Shown: in pieces, positions 1 to 10,656 of the stretch
How positions within the stretch are numbered: the first letter of the stretch is position 1
Layout: every line of letters begins with the position of its first letter
Source: a virus
Direction: 5' to 3' (one strand)
Virus record (IMG/VR): IMGVR_UViG_3300043448_001007
Coordinates: 10,281-74,280 of that record
Length of the DNA stretch: 64,000 bases
The notes under the pieces: generated by a model
Databases searched by the model: none
What the model saw: the letters and a program-made list of their open reading frames with translations, nothing else
Told to the model about the DNA's origin: nothing
Made by a program: the position numbers and the translations under genes

Positions 1-1
1 A

Positions 2-2566
2 GTTGATATAACTGAAATAAGATATGGTTCCGCTGGTAGAATTTTATATGAAAGTCCCCTAAAATGGGTTCCATTGTATGGTACTTATGCTAGAGTATTA
101 ACTGAAGACTCTAATTTTGTTTATACAACATCTAGTGCTTATTTAACATCAACAGCTTCATCTTTTGAAAATTATATGGGTGTGGGTACATCAGATCCGT
201 TAAAAAAATTACACATTCATAATTCTGGATTATTAATTGATGGTAGTGTTAGTGAACAAGAGTCTGGGTTAGGTGATCCAAATTTTGCTAGATTAGTAAT
301 TGATTCAGAATCTTCAGAATTACATTCATTAATTGATGCTAGAAATGATTATGGAACAGTTTTACATGTTAAAGGTAATATTGAGGGTGGTAATAGATTT
401 CCAAGTGTTAGTATAGGAACACCATCTACAACTGGATTATTTCAAGTCAATGATTATTATGGGTTAAATAGTTTATTTATTAATAGAACTGGTGATATTG
501 GTTTACATACCTTAAGTCCAAGTTTTAGTACACATATTGTGGGTGATGTTCGATTGGATTTGGGTGGTGATTCTAATTATGATATGTTTATCCGAGGAAC
601 TAATTCTAAATTAGAAAGAATACCACATGGATTACCTAATCAAGTATTTAAAATTCCAGCGGATGGTGCCACACCATCCTGGTCAAACTTTAGTGGTGGG
701 GGTAGTAGTGCAAGTGTATCTATTGATACTAATGAAATTGCTTTTGGTACCGGAACTGGGATCACAAGTTCTAATAGTTTTAGATTTTATTCAAGCTCTA
801 ATAGTTTAAATTCTGGATATAATAGTGGAATGACCTTTTCATATTGTTCATCAATTTTAGGTGGTCAATCTAATTGTATATCTGCTTCACAGATGTCATC
901 TATTATCGGAGGATCTAATAATAATGTTAAGGTATGTAGTCAAAGATCATCTATTATAGGTGGTCAGTGTAATACCATTGGTACACAATCTCAACAGTCT
1001 GTTATATTGGGTGGGTATTGTAACTGTATCCAATATTCTAACAAATCGATAATTGGTGGTGGTGAATATAATAGTATGAATAGCTCTATATTTTCTTCAA
1101 TAATCAGTGGTTTTCAAAATAAAATATTAAATGCTTCTCAATATTCATCAATAATTGGAGGTAGAGATAATAAAACATGCACATCATCATTTTCTGTATT
1201 AATTGGTGGTAGAAATAATACAATATCATCATCTAGTTGTTCTAATAGTATAGGTGGATATTCTAATAATATAAATTCAATAAATTCTTCAATAATAAAT
1301 GGTTCATATAATACCATTAATAATGGATCTGATAGGTCTCTAATTTCAGGCGGATCTTATAATATTATAACTAACGGTTCATCAAACTCTTTAATTATAA
1401 ATGGATTAAATAACACTATTATGAATGGATCACTTAATAGTTCAATTATGGTGGGGTCTAATAATATAATGTGTAATGGTGCATGTTGTTCACTTATTAT
1501 CGGATCGAACAACAGTGATATGAATAATGGTGTTATGAGATCAGTTATAATAAGTTCCAATCTCAGTAAAATACAAAATGGTGCCTGTGACTCAATAATT
1601 AATGGTGGTACATGTCATCGAATTTGTTTTGGATCACAAAATACATTCATAGGTGGTGGATTTATGAATGACGCTTGTGGAGTTGAAAGTTCATCTATTA
1701 TTGGTGGACATAATAATCAAATTACATGTAATACCAAATCTTCGATAATGGGAGGACATTGTAATTATATATTAGTAAGTGATCAATCTTCAATAATAGG
1801 TGGTAAATATAATATTATATCATGGACATCTAGCAATTCATCTATTATAGGTGGTTGTTATAATACAATGACAGCATCTGCATACTCATCATCAATAATT
1901 GGTGGTAATAATAATTATAATCGATCTGCTATATCATCCATAATAGGTGGTAGATCTAATAGTATCATATTATCAAACTATTCATCAATTATAGGTGGTT
2001 TATGTAATACGATGACAACATCATCAAAATATTCATCAATATTAGGCGGTTATAAAAATAATATGACACAGACAACTGATTCATTGGTATTTGGTAGATG
2101 TAATATAGTTACATCATCTAATAATACATCGATATTAGGTGGATTTCGTAACTGTATAATATCATCTAACTCATCTCCTATACTCGGTGGTTATTTTAAT
2201 AGTATACTATCATCATCCATATTTTCATCTATGATTGGTGGATATTGTGGAAGCATCTCATCATCAAATTATTCATCAATTATTGGTGGTAAGTTTAATA
2301 GTATGACACAATCCAGTGCATCAGCAATATTATCATCTTGTAACATTAGATTGGTAAATTCTTGTAATACTAATATTCTGGGTATTAATAGTATATCTGG
2401 TCTTACATTCTCAAATAGATGTAATGATACGATTGTTCAAGATTTTGTTGTGACAGGTTCAATGTCTACCATTATTTCATCCAACGAATTTTTTGGTATA
2501 ACTGGAACATTCTCCTCACCGACTCAAATAGTTGTTAAGAATGGTATCATTATCAGTATAACATAA
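2..2566 (+). CDS. Tail fibre/spike-like protein with long SSIIGGxxN beta-helix repeat region (5'-truncated by window edge)
   Basis: Frame is open from base 2, so the TTG at 74 is probably internal. 'MGVGTSDPxxKLHI' and 'IGLHTxSP' fibre-type motifs, followed by dozens of ~14-16 aa SSIIGG-x-x-N repeats. Confidence 0.7.
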   Translation, partial: VDITEIRYGSAGRILYESPLKWVPLYGTYARVLTEDSNFVYTTSSAYLTSTASSFENYMGVGTSDPLKKLHIHNSGLLIDGSVSEQESGLGDPNFARLVIDSESSELHSLIDARNDYGTVLHVKGNIEGGNRFPSVSIGTPSTTGLFQVNDYYGLNSLFINRTGDIGLHTLSPSFSTHIVGDVRLDLGGDSNYDMFIRGTNSKLERIPHGLPNQVFKIPADGATPSWSNFSGGGSSASVSIDTNEIAFGTGTGITSSNSFRFYSSSNSLNSGYNSGMTFSYCSSILGGQSNCISASQMSSIIGGSNNNVKVCSQRSSIIGGQCNTIGTQSQQSVILGGYCNCIQYSNKSIIGGGEYNSMNSSIFSSIISGFQNKILNASQYSSIIGGRDNKTCTSSFSVLIGGRNNTISSSSCSNSIGGYSNNINSINSSIINGSYNTINNGSDRSLISGGSYNIITNGSSNSLIINGLNNTIMNGSLNSSIMVGSNNIMCNGACCSLIIGSNNSDMNNGVMRSVIISSNLSKIQNGACDSIINGGTCHRICFGSQNTFIGGGFMNDACGVESSSIIGGHNNQITCNTKSSIMGGHCNYILVSDQSSIIGGKYNIISWTSSNSSIIGGCYNTMTASAYSSSIIGGNNNYNRSAISSIIGGRSNSIILSNYSSIIGGLCNTMTTSSKYSSILGGYKNNMTQTTDSLVFGRCNIVTSSNNTSILGGFRNCIISSNSSPILGGYFNSILSSSIFSSMIGGYCGSISSSNYSSIIGGKFNSMTQSSASAILSSCNIRLVNSCNTNILGINSISGLTFSNRCNDTIVQDFVVTGSMSTIISSNEFFGITGTFSSPTQIVVKNGIIISIT

Positions 2567-2568
2567 TA

Positions 2569-2594
2569 AAAAAACCTCTTTAAAGAGGTTTTTT
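2569..2594. terminator. Bidirectional intrinsic terminator
   Basis: AAAAAACCTCTT-TA-AAGAGGTTTTTT between convergent genes. Confidence 0.8.
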
Positions 2595-2879
2595 CGTTTT
2601 AATAGTAATTATATTGTCTAATGTAAAATCATTAAGTGGTTTTCCACCATTTCGAATGTAGTCATCATATTCAGTGGAATTAATAAAGTCATTTAATAAT
2701 TCTTGATAATCCTCCAACATATATACCTTACCATCATAAGTAATTGTATCTAAGCTTAATCCAGTACTTGGAAATTTTGGTCTTCCATACATAGGACCAA
2801 CATCTCCAAAAAATGGTGCTCCAGAACCTTCTAAAAATTGTTTAAAATTATTTACTTTCGATTTTCTCATAAAATTCAT
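2580..2879 (-). CDS. Hypothetical protein; near-N-terminal 'KVNNFKQFLE' targeting-like peptide
   Basis: ORF track; probable start at Met4 (2870). Confidence 0.6.
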   Translation of the reverse strand: MNFMRKSKVNNFKQFLEGSGAPFFGDVGPMYGRPKFPSTGLSLDTITYDGKVYMLEDYQELLNDFINSTEYDDYIRNGGKPLNDFTLDNIITIKTKKPL

Positions 2880-3297
2880 CCTCAGATTCTAAGGAGTATA
2901 AATCCTTTTTATTATTATATATTAAGTTATAAAGAAAATTATCACCTAATTCATAAACTACATTATTTTTTAAAACTAATTGACAATCACCTTGAAAATT
3001 ATTATTAATTGATATAATTTGGGAATTAATTCTACCATCTTTATCTTCTAAATTACAAATAATTTTCTTTTTGGATATAATGTATTTAACTCTTTCAACT
3101 ATATTCTCTTTTGATAATAGTTTATAATCTTTATACTCTTCTACTAATTCATTTTCATAGTTTTTGAGAAACAATTTCTCTCGTTCTGATAATGATATTT
3201 TTTTGGAAACCTTATCCAAAATTAGATTCAATTTAATTTCCTTGAAAGAATCTCGAATCTGACTAAAGGGTAGTTTAAACTTTACCATATTAGACAC
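2848..3297 (-). CDS. Hypothetical protein with DUF6576-like motif
   Basis: 'LNLILDKVSKKISLSEREKLFL' motif; TAATATATA on the minus strand at 3318-3326. Confidence 0.6.
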   Translation of the reverse strand: MSNMVKFKLPFSQIRDSFKEIKLNLILDKVSKKISLSEREKLFLKNYENELVEEYKDYKLLSKENIVERVKYIISKKKIICNLEDKDGRINSQIISINNNFQGDCQLVLKNNVVYELGDNFLYNLIYNNKKDLYSLESEDEFYEKIESK

Positions 3298-3384
3298 TTA
3301 TTTTTTAAATAATACCATATATATTAAAAATATAACTTAAAGATATGAAATATTTAATATATATGATAATAAATTATTTTATTT

Positions 3385-6048
3385 ATGGATAAACAATTAT
3401 TAGATGCATTAGATAACCTATCATTTGCTTTAGATGAGATTGCAAAAGCACTTAATTCAAAAAATGGTGAATCTCAATCATCGGTTGGGAGTGCTTTACA
3501 AAGTGGTGATTTTTCCAATCAAATGGTGGAGATAGGTAAAGGAATTCAATCTATAAAAGAGGACACAAAGAAGATTTTAGAAAATCAAAATACTATTCTA
3601 AATATGCAAAAAGAAAAAGATTCTAAAAAAACTGATGTTTTTGAAGAGTCGGGTCAAAAAAAGAATAGTATTAAAGATGGTGTTGTATCTGTCTTATTAA
3701 TAGCTGGGGCTGTTTTAGCAATAGGAACTGCATTCAGTCTTTTAGGTGATGTTGATTGGAAAACTGTAATTTCATTATCAATTTCCCTACCCTTATTAGC
3801 TATGGCTTTTGAGAAAATATCAACTATGAAGGATTTATCATATAAAAATATGATTAATCTATTCTTAATAACAACAACTATGTCGATGGCTGTATTAGCA
3901 TCATCTTATATATTATCAGGGGTTAAACCAGTTGGGGCTTCTCAATTATTAACAGTTGTTTTAATAGCGGCTTCATTCTCGTTAATATCTTTTAATGTTG
4001 GTAAATTAGTAACAGCTTTTAGTTCTATCTCAACAACCGATGCTATTAAATCATCTTTCTTAATGCCCTTATTACTTACATCTGTTTCAATGGCTATTGC
4101 GGCTTCTTCATACTTTTTAGATATGGTTAAACCAATTGGATTATCACAGGCCATTACATCAATTCTTATCGCTGGAACATTTACTGTTTTGGGATATGGT
4201 GTTGGTAAGTTATTAGAGTCATTTAAAGGTATATCTGTAAATGATGCTATATCAGCTTCTTTCTTAATACCTATTTTATTAGTTTCAATATCATATGCTA
4301 TATCCCTTTCATCATCATTATTAGCTGGTGTAACACCAATTGGATTATCACAAGCCATTACCTCTATTTTAATTGCTGCTACATTTACTGTAATATCTTA
4401 TGGAGTTGGTCAATTATTAAAAGGATTTAATGGTATATCAGCTTCTGATGCTATGTTAGCTTCCTTAACTTTACCACTTTTATTAGTTGGTATTTCAGCG
4501 GCTATTGTTGGATCATCTTATTTAATAAAAAATATCCAAGATGTTAGTATGTCACAATTAATAACCTTCTTTGGAATAGGATTAACATTATCAGTTGTTG
4601 GTATTATAATGGGAGTTGCATTAAAAGTTATTAGTAAGATCGGAAAGCCAGAAGAATTCTTCGAAGGTGCTATATCTACTGTTTTTATCGCGGGTGCTAT
4701 TGCTATATCTTCACATATTATCGCTATGGGTAATTATACTGGAAACTTCCCCCCATTGGATTGGTCAATTGGGGTTGGATTAAGTTTAATTATTTTTTCA
4801 TTACCAGTTTGGTTTTTGGGTAAAATGGGTGTTAGTGATATTATTAAAGGAACAATTGCCGCTGTTTTGGTATCTGGGTCTATTATGGTATCATCATTAA
4901 TTCTTGAAATGGGATCTTATAAAAAATATCCATCTTTAGATTGGGCATTGGGTGTTGGTCTAAGTTTGGGGGCTTTTGGATTAGCTGCTGTTTTACTTGG
5001 AGCCGTTGCTCTATCTCCTACTTTTTATATGGGATTGGGAGCGGTTCTATTAGTTGCTGGATCAATAGTAGCAACATCTTATATTTTAGAGTCCGGATCT
5101 TATAAAAAATATCCATCATTTGAGTGGGCTAGTAGTGTTGGTTTATTGATGGCTGGATTCAGTGTTGGTATTATCGGATTAGCTTTAGCCTCACCATTCA
5201 TTTTAGTTGGATCAGCTGCTATGTTAATGTTGGGTGGAACAATCTTAGCTATTGACAAAATGTTTGAGAGTGGAAGCTTCACAAAATATCCAAGTGAAGA
5301 ATGGTTTGGTGGTGTTAAGAAAACAATATTGGGTTTTATTGACTTAATGGATGTGGTGTCGATTGGGTCAGCTATTAGTGGTGCTGTATCAGATATGTTT
5401 GGTGGAGGTTTAACTGATATTGCTGAATCTATTTTAGAAATCGATAAAGTATTTGAGGGTGGTAATTTTACAAAATATCCATCAATGGCTTGGGGTAATG
5501 GTGTTTTAAATGCTATCGCTAAGTTTAATCAAATTAAAAATGCTCTTAGTGGTGGTTCTAAATTAGGTGATATTTTTGGTGGAAATGATTTACAAAATAC
5601 TGTTTCTAGTATATCACAATTAGCAGTAGCCTTTGATAGATTAGGAAAGGCTATGTCAACTTTTGCCAACTCTATTTCATCAATTGATGAAGAAAAATTA
5701 ACAGCTATAAAATCTTTATCATCAACAGTTGTCCTAATGTCTTTATTAAATCCAGATCAATTCTCTGAAATGATGGATGCGATGGAAGAAAAATCTGGAA
5801 TATTTGGTGAATTTATTGATGAGTATAATAATAGTAGAAAAGAAGCTGAAACGGGTGGTTTCTTCTCTAGTTTTAAGTCTCCATCTTCGGATAAACCCAA
5901 AAGTGATGCTGATATTTTAGGACCTAAATTAGATAAAATGAATGCCCTATTAGCTGATATATCAACTGTTGTTGGATCAAAAGGATCATTAAAAACTTAT
6001 ATAAATAATAAGGGAAGAGAAGCTAATGTTTCACCAACTAAAAAGTAA
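3385..6048 (+). CDS. Tape-measure-like / multi-helix hydrophobic repeat protein
   Basis: 887 aa; N-terminal coiled coil; three ~69-aa repeats (PIGLSQAITSILIA) and about five ~60-aa repeats (GSYKKYPS.xW); late promoter at 3355-3363. Confidence 0.5.
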   Translation: MDKQLLDALDNLSFALDEIAKALNSKNGESQSSVGSALQSGDFSNQMVEIGKGIQSIKEDTKKILENQNTILNMQKEKDSKKTDVFEESGQKKNSIKDGVVSVLLIAGAVLAIGTAFSLLGDVDWKTVISLSISLPLLAMAFEKISTMKDLSYKNMINLFLITTTMSMAVLASSYILSGVKPVGASQLLTVVLIAASFSLISFNVGKLVTAFSSISTTDAIKSSFLMPLLLTSVSMAIAASSYFLDMVKPIGLSQAITSILIAGTFTVLGYGVGKLLESFKGISVNDAISASFLIPILLVSISYAISLSSSLLAGVTPIGLSQAITSILIAATFTVISYGVGQLLKGFNGISASDAMLASLTLPLLLVGISAAIVGSSYLIKNIQDVSMSQLITFFGIGLTLSVVGIIMGVALKVISKIGKPEEFFEGAISTVFIAGAIAISSHIIAMGNYTGNFPPLDWSIGVGLSLIIFSLPVWFLGKMGVSDIIKGTIAAVLVSGSIMVSSLILEMGSYKKYPSLDWALGVGLSLGAFGLAAVLLGAVALSPTFYMGLGAVLLVAGSIVATSYILESGSYKKYPSFEWASSVGLLMAGFSVGIIGLALASPFILVGSAAMLMLGGTILAIDKMFESGSFTKYPSEEWFGGVKKTILGFIDLMDVVSIGSAISGAVSDMFGGGLTDIAESILEIDKVFEGGNFTKYPSMAWGNGVLNAIAKFNQIKNALSGGSKLGDIFGGNDLQNTVSSISQLAVAFDRLGKAMSTFANSISSIDEEKLTAIKSLSSTVVLMSLLNPDQFSEMMDAMEEKSGIFGEFIDEYNNSRKEAETGGFFSSFKSPSSDKPKSDADILGPKLDKMNALLADISTVVGSKGSLKTYINNKGREANVSPTKK

Positions 6049-6090
6049 AAATATTTAAAACTTTTTAATCTTTTATTATATACTTTTTAT

Positions 6091-6522
6091 ATGGAGATTT
6101 TTAATGATTATAAATTGTATCAGTCGTATAAAAAAATAATACGACAAAATAGAGTTACTTTAGAAGCTAATTATGGAATTAGAATAGACTCAGCTAATAG
6201 ACTATATACTGTAATTAATATACCTCAATCACAAGATGATGAGGCTTATAATTTAAGAAAACAAGATATTGATAGATTAGCTGAATCTTATATTAAAGAG
6301 TATATAAATAAATTATCTTTATATTTAAACTCAATTGGACTGGGTGAATTATATAATTTTTATGAACCAATTAAGAAGTTGGAAAAACATTCTTATTTAA
6401 TTGTCCTAGGATTCTCGAAAATAAATAGCGTTGAATTAAATCGGAATCTCTATTTTAGATTATACCCACTAATAGGAATCTCTATTTTAATTTATTTAAT
6501 TATTTATTACTTCCAACATTAA
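6091..6522 (+). CDS. Hypothetical protein with C-terminal transmembrane helix
   Basis: Hydrophobic C-terminus LIGISILIYLIIYYF. Confidence 0.7.
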   Translation: MEIFNDYKLYQSYKKIIRQNRVTLEANYGIRIDSANRLYTVINIPQSQDDEAYNLRKQDIDRLAESYIKEYINKLSLYLNSIGLGELYNFYEPIKKLEKHSYLIVLGFSKINSVELNRNLYFRLYPLIGISILIYLIIYYFQH

Positions 6523-6570
6523 ACTTTTAAATACTTTTTTCTAAAATAAAAAACAATAAAAATAAATACT

Positions 6571-7008
6571 ATGGCTAAATTTACAGAAGTATCAGATGAT
6601 TTTAAAGATAGATTCTTTGAGATTTATAAATCAAAATCATTTGCAATTAATTTAAAATTTGATTTCTTAGGAAATGAAAAACAAAAAGAGTTAGTAAAAG
6701 TAAAGAAAATATCGGATGACTATTCTTTCCGTATGGGGAAAGATATTATGGTCTATGTAAATGAAGATCTTTTTGTAGCTTTTGATGATGAATCGATCAC
6801 AATCTTGATTGAACAAGAATTAGATAAAATTCAAGTTAATTTAGATTCTGGTGTTATTAAATTAATTAAACCAGATTTAAATACTTTCTCAACTCTTATC
6901 ACTAAATATGGTGTAGAGTCTGTTGGAAAAGCTAACCAAGTTCAGGAGTTATATTCCCAACAAAAGAAAGATGGAACTTTGGAAAATAAAGGTGATTTTG
7001 CCTTCTAA
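6571..7008 (+). CDS. Phage metallopeptidase-like protein, apparently lacking HExxH
   Basis: 'ILIEQELDKI...PDLNTF..LITKYG' resembles the 'LIDHELxH..HD.EEF...RYG' pattern. Confidence 0.35.
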   Translation: MAKFTEVSDDFKDRFFEIYKSKSFAINLKFDFLGNEKQKELVKVKKISDDYSFRMGKDIMVYVNEDLFVAFDDESITILIEQELDKIQVNLDSGVIKLIKPDLNTFSTLITKYGVESVGKANQVQELYSQQKKDGTLENKGDFAF

Positions 7009-7025
7009 AAATAAAATAAAATAAA

Positions 7026-7655
7026 ATGTCAAAAACAGCGTTTGAAAACAGTGTAGTTAAACCAGAAACTACTTTAAGAATTGGAGAAATTGATCATAAA
7101 TTAATTTCAACTGAAGATGAAGTATCATTAGATACAGCTATTAAACAAGTTGAAGAATTTATGTCAAAAAATTCGGGTGAAGGTTTAACCGAAGAAGAAA
7201 AAGATGAACTTTATGCTAAAGCCCAATCTTTATATAAAGATTATTACAAGTTAGTAAGAGATAATAGATACTCTTTCTATTTAAATAGAAGACAATATCA
7301 GTTTTTAACTGATTTAATCTTAACTAAATTAGAATATGATGTTAATAGTATTTTTATCGCAATTGAATTAACAGAAATGTTATCATCAATGAAAGATACT
7401 AAATTTAGAAATGATGATGAAGTTATTTCCTTCCAAATTACAGCAACTGAAATGACGTATATCTATCATTTGATCTCAACTCACAAAGTTAAGGGATTAA
7501 CAAATACATCTTATACATTCTCACAAGTTTTAGTAAGAATTGGTGATTTATCAAAAGTTATTAATTATTATGACACTTATGCTAAAAATTTGAATACTGA
7601 AATTCAAAAATGGGCAGTGAGTTTAGGTGGTGAATTAGAAATACCTACCGAATAA
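7026..7655 (+). CDS. Hypothetical protein
   Basis: 209-aa ORF followed by a terminator. Confidence 0.7.
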   Translation: MSKTAFENSVVKPETTLRIGEIDHKLISTEDEVSLDTAIKQVEEFMSKNSGEGLTEEEKDELYAKAQSLYKDYYKLVRDNRYSFYLNRRQYQFLTDLILTKLEYDVNSIFIAIELTEMLSSMKDTKFRNDDEVISFQITATEMTYIYHLISTHKVKGLTNTSYTFSQVLVRIGDLSKVINYYDTYAKNLNTEIQKWAVSLGGELEIPTE

Positions 7656-7658
7656 TTT

Positions 7659-7688
7659 AAAAAGAGGACTAAATTTAGTCCTCTTTTT
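7659..7688. terminator. Bidirectional terminator
   Basis: AAAAAGAGGACTAAATTTAGTCCTCTTTTT. Confidence 0.8.
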
Positions 7689-8973
7689 CTTTTTTATTAT
7701 ATTCTTTAACCTTTGGTATATAACTTGGTGTTAAGAATTTATATAATTTTTTCAAATATTCTTCTCGATCCATCTCCACCTCTGACATACTCCACATTAT
7801 ATAAGCAAAATAATAAATCTTATCAATTAGAACCTCCTCTTCTATTTTATGACCAGTGTATCTAAATTCAATATATTTATACTTTTCTAAAGGAAGTAAA
7901 TTCAATCCAAAGTTTTTATAAGTAAATTTGTAATCCCCATATGGAGTTTGATTGGTTAATATTTTCATGATATGTGAATTTAATAAATTTTCACACTCAT
8001 TAATTTTATTATCTTTTAATAGGTCTAAACTCTTTCCCAATAAATCCACATTATTTAATAAAACCGGCTTTAACGATCCAACATAGTCTGATTTAACCCT
8101 AGATTCCATATTTTTGAATACATATGGTATGTGTTTTTTATCTTTCTGTAAATCATCTAAAAATAAAAGACCTTTAATTAAATTTAAATTTGAATTTTTA
8201 TTAGTAAATCCTAAATTGATATGAATACCAGTTGTTTTTTTGAAACTAAAATGTTTATCTCTCTTCCCCTTAACATTTGGGGATGAATCATAATCAAGAT
8301 AGAAGTCATGAATACAATCAACTAACTCATTAATTGAGTTAAAATAAGTTTTATTTGATAATTCAATTCCATTGTCTAATGTATTATCCAATTCAAATTT
8401 AAATTTAGATCCCCACTTTTCAATAAAAATAGGAAACTTTCTTTTAAACTTCTTTTCCAACTGTTGAAAATTATCTGATAAATAAGATGCACACAATCCA
8501 TCAAAGATATCTAAAATAAATAGTTTATCTTTGATTGATTGAATCTCTTTTTCAATTTCAATACCACCTATTTCATCTGATTCATTTAATTCCTCTTCTA
8601 ATTCACTAAACTGATCATCTAATTCAGATTTAATATCATCTATCCAACTTTCTATCTCTTCATCATCTCCACCAACATCAATAATAGTTGACAAACAATC
8701 TTCTAAAAAATCATTATTCTCTTTTGAGTCTGTATAGATAACAGATCTACTCAATTCTTTTTTAATACTATTTCTGATAATGTTTAGTAAAGTATTCTCT
8801 AAGTATTTTTGAGTATATTCTTTATCACTATGTTTAGATTTTAAATCCGTTAACATCTCTAATTCTATTTCAATAGAAGCTGTAAATAAATCCGAAACCT
8901 CATCATTTTTCATTTGAGATAGTTTCTTAGGATTTAATTCCTCTTTTATAAATTCTATGTATTTCTTAATCAT
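7675..8973 (-). CDS. Putative amidoligase (COOH-NH2 ligase, glutamine synthetase-like fold)
   Basis: Motifs SIEIELE, DNTLDNGIEL, TTGIHINLG, YIEFRY. Confidence 0.65.
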   Translation of the reverse strand: MIKKYIEFIKEELNPKKLSQMKNDEVSDLFTASIEIELEMLTDLKSKHSDKEYTQKYLENTLLNIIRNSIKKELSRSVIYTDSKENNDFLEDCLSTIIDVGGDDEEIESWIDDIKSELDDQFSELEEELNESDEIGGIEIEKEIQSIKDKLFILDIFDGLCASYLSDNFQQLEKKFKRKFPIFIEKWGSKFKFELDNTLDNGIELSNKTYFNSINELVDCIHDFYLDYDSSPNVKGKRDKHFSFKKTTGIHINLGFTNKNSNLNLIKGLLFLDDLQKDKKHIPYVFKNMESRVKSDYVGSLKPVLLNNVDLLGKSLDLLKDNKINECENLLNSHIMKILTNQTPYGDYKFTYKNFGLNLLPLEKYKYIEFRYTGHKIEEEVLIDKIYYFAYIMWSMSEVEMDREEYLKKLYKFLTPSYIPKVKEYNKKEKED

Positions 8974-8997
8974 ATTCTATATATTAACTTTTAAAAA

Positions 8998-9612
8998 CTA
9001 TTTTATTGGACAATGTGACGCACTATAAATAAATTTATAATCCCTTTTTATTTTAACACCTAATGATATTGCTGTTGTTTCTATATCCAAGAAACACTCA
9101 CTATCAGATCCACCAACCATTATAATTTTCCGGCCACTTAATTCAGTTAAAATATTAAATAGCTTTTTAGGACAATGATACCATTTATGATTGTTACCGA
9201 TATAAACAATAATAGTTCCTTCCTTTGTATCAAAATAATCTCCTCTTTTCAACTTCTTATTAATTTCTAAATCTTTAACTTTTTTATATGTTTCATTATC
9301 AAGTACTTTTTTATAAAAATCTATATTAACATTATAGTTATATCTTTTCTCAATTAAATCAACTTGATTTGGAAAATGGTATAAGTCACTATGAACTGGT
9401 ATATCTGGATTTTCATCATATAAATAATCTTTATCAACCGATTTCCCGTCGATATGATTATCCCATATTTGATATACCTTGGAAAATTCTTGACAATATT
9501 TATTCAATTCATATAAATACTTTTCATTAAAGAACTTTCGGAAAGATTTTTGAACATCAACTATAAATAAAATAGATTCATTATTAAAATCTTCAAATAA
9601 TTTAATTTTCAT
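8998..9612 (-). CDS. Isochorismatase/cysteine hydrolase-like protein
   Basis: LFIVDVQ motif at the N-terminus and VGGSDSEC (catalytic Cys position). Confidence 0.6.
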   Translation of the reverse strand: MKIKLFEDFNNESILFIVDVQKSFRKFFNEKYLYELNKYCQEFSKVYQIWDNHIDGKSVDKDYLYDENPDIPVHSDLYHFPNQVDLIEKRYNYNVNIDFYKKVLDNETYKKVKDLEINKKLKRGDYFDTKEGTIIVYIGNNHKWYHCPKKLFNILTELSGRKIIMVGGSDSECFLDIETTAISLGVKIKRDYKFIYSASHCPIK

Positions 9613-9636
9613 ATTGTATATATTAAATTTTTTTAC

Positions 9637-9644
9637 TATATTTG
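9637..9644 (+). promoter_or_regulatory. Bacteroidota sigma-A -7 element (TAnnTTTG)
   Basis: TATATTTG 4 nt before ATG 9649; the same motif recurs at 31011 and 63513. Confidence 0.6.
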
Positions 9645-9648
9645 TAAT

Positions 9649-9996
9649 ATGAATAGTATATTTATTATTGAGCCTTATAAAGTTGGGACAACTTGGGCTT
9701 TTGACGATTTAGAAAGAGGTTTAGTGAAGGAACCATTTGTTGGTGGTATGGGACCAGTAATTAAAAAAATATTAATTGATAAATATGGTGAATCCAAAGA
9801 CCGATTTACTTTATTCTTCTCCGATATTGAGTTCCCAGATTTTGATTTCTTCTTAGAAAAGGGAATAGACTTAAATAATGGATCTTTTTACTCAATAGAT
9901 AACCTAAATCTAAAGGGTTGGTTATGTCCAGCTTTAAGAAAATATTATACATTGGACTTACCTCAAAAAATTTATTTTAAGATTGAGGTTGAATAA
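9649..9996 (+). CDS. DUF6717-like protein
   Basis: 'I.PY....W.FDD...L..EPFV.G...GWLCPAL' pattern. Confidence 0.6.
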   Translation: MNSIFIIEPYKVGTTWAFDDLERGLVKEPFVGGMGPVIKKILIDKYGESKDRFTLFFSDIEFPDFDFFLEKGIDLNNGSFYSIDNLNLKGWLCPALRKYYTLDLPQKIYFKIEVE

Positions 9997-10022
9997 AAAA
10001 AAGACCTTTCTAGGTCTTTTTT
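9997..10022. terminator. Bidirectional terminator
   Basis: AAAAAAGACCT-TTCT-AGGTCTTTTTT. Confidence 0.75.
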
Positions 10023-10633
10023 ATATATTTTTCTAATCCATAGTTACCAACAATTTCCTCAATATGTGGGATTTTTAAAATATCCTCATAAAATGAATCA
10101 TTACCAACATGAATACCACTTTTAAAATTTATTTTAACCAAATCACCCTCATCAATCACTTCTACCTCACCTAATATATCTTTTAAAAACCTAGTATATA
10201 ATTTAGTTCTTTGAGAATCTTTATTATCTTTGATATGTCTCTCTTGATCACTGGAACTTCTCTTAGGATAAAATGATATTCCCTTAAAAACCTCTTCCTT
10301 TTCCCATATTTTATACTTATTGTTAGTTGATATTAATGATAATACTCCAGCATCATAAGCAGTTGATAATATTTTAGAAATTCTATCCATCATTTCATTT
10401 CTATTAGTTACTGGTAATTCTGAATAATCTTTACTACCATCACTATTTTTTTGATAGAAATCAACTAGAATATAACCACTAGATAATTTAACATTAAAAT
10501 ACATCTTAATATCACCTATCGTAGATGACATTTCACTCGGTATGTTTAACCCATCAATATTCTCAATATTTTTATTAGAAATATATTTTTCTAATAATAA
10601 ACAGAATTCCTCAAATAATTTTAAATAAATCAT
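10010..10633 (-). CDS. Hypothetical protein with 'MIYLKLFEEF' N-terminus
   Basis: ORF track; late promoter at 10638-10646 (minus). Confidence 0.7.
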   Translation of the reverse strand: MIYLKLFEEFCLLLEKYISNKNIENIDGLNIPSEMSSTIGDIKMYFNVKLSSGYILVDFYQKNSDGSKDYSELPVTNRNEMMDRISKILSTAYDAGVLSLISTNNKYKIWEKEEVFKGISFYPKRSSSDQERHIKDNKDSQRTKLYTRFLKDILGEVEVIDEGDLVKINFKSGIHVGNDSFYEDILKIPHIEEIVGNYGLEKYIKKT

Positions 10634-10656
10634 AATCTATATATTAAAATAAAAAA

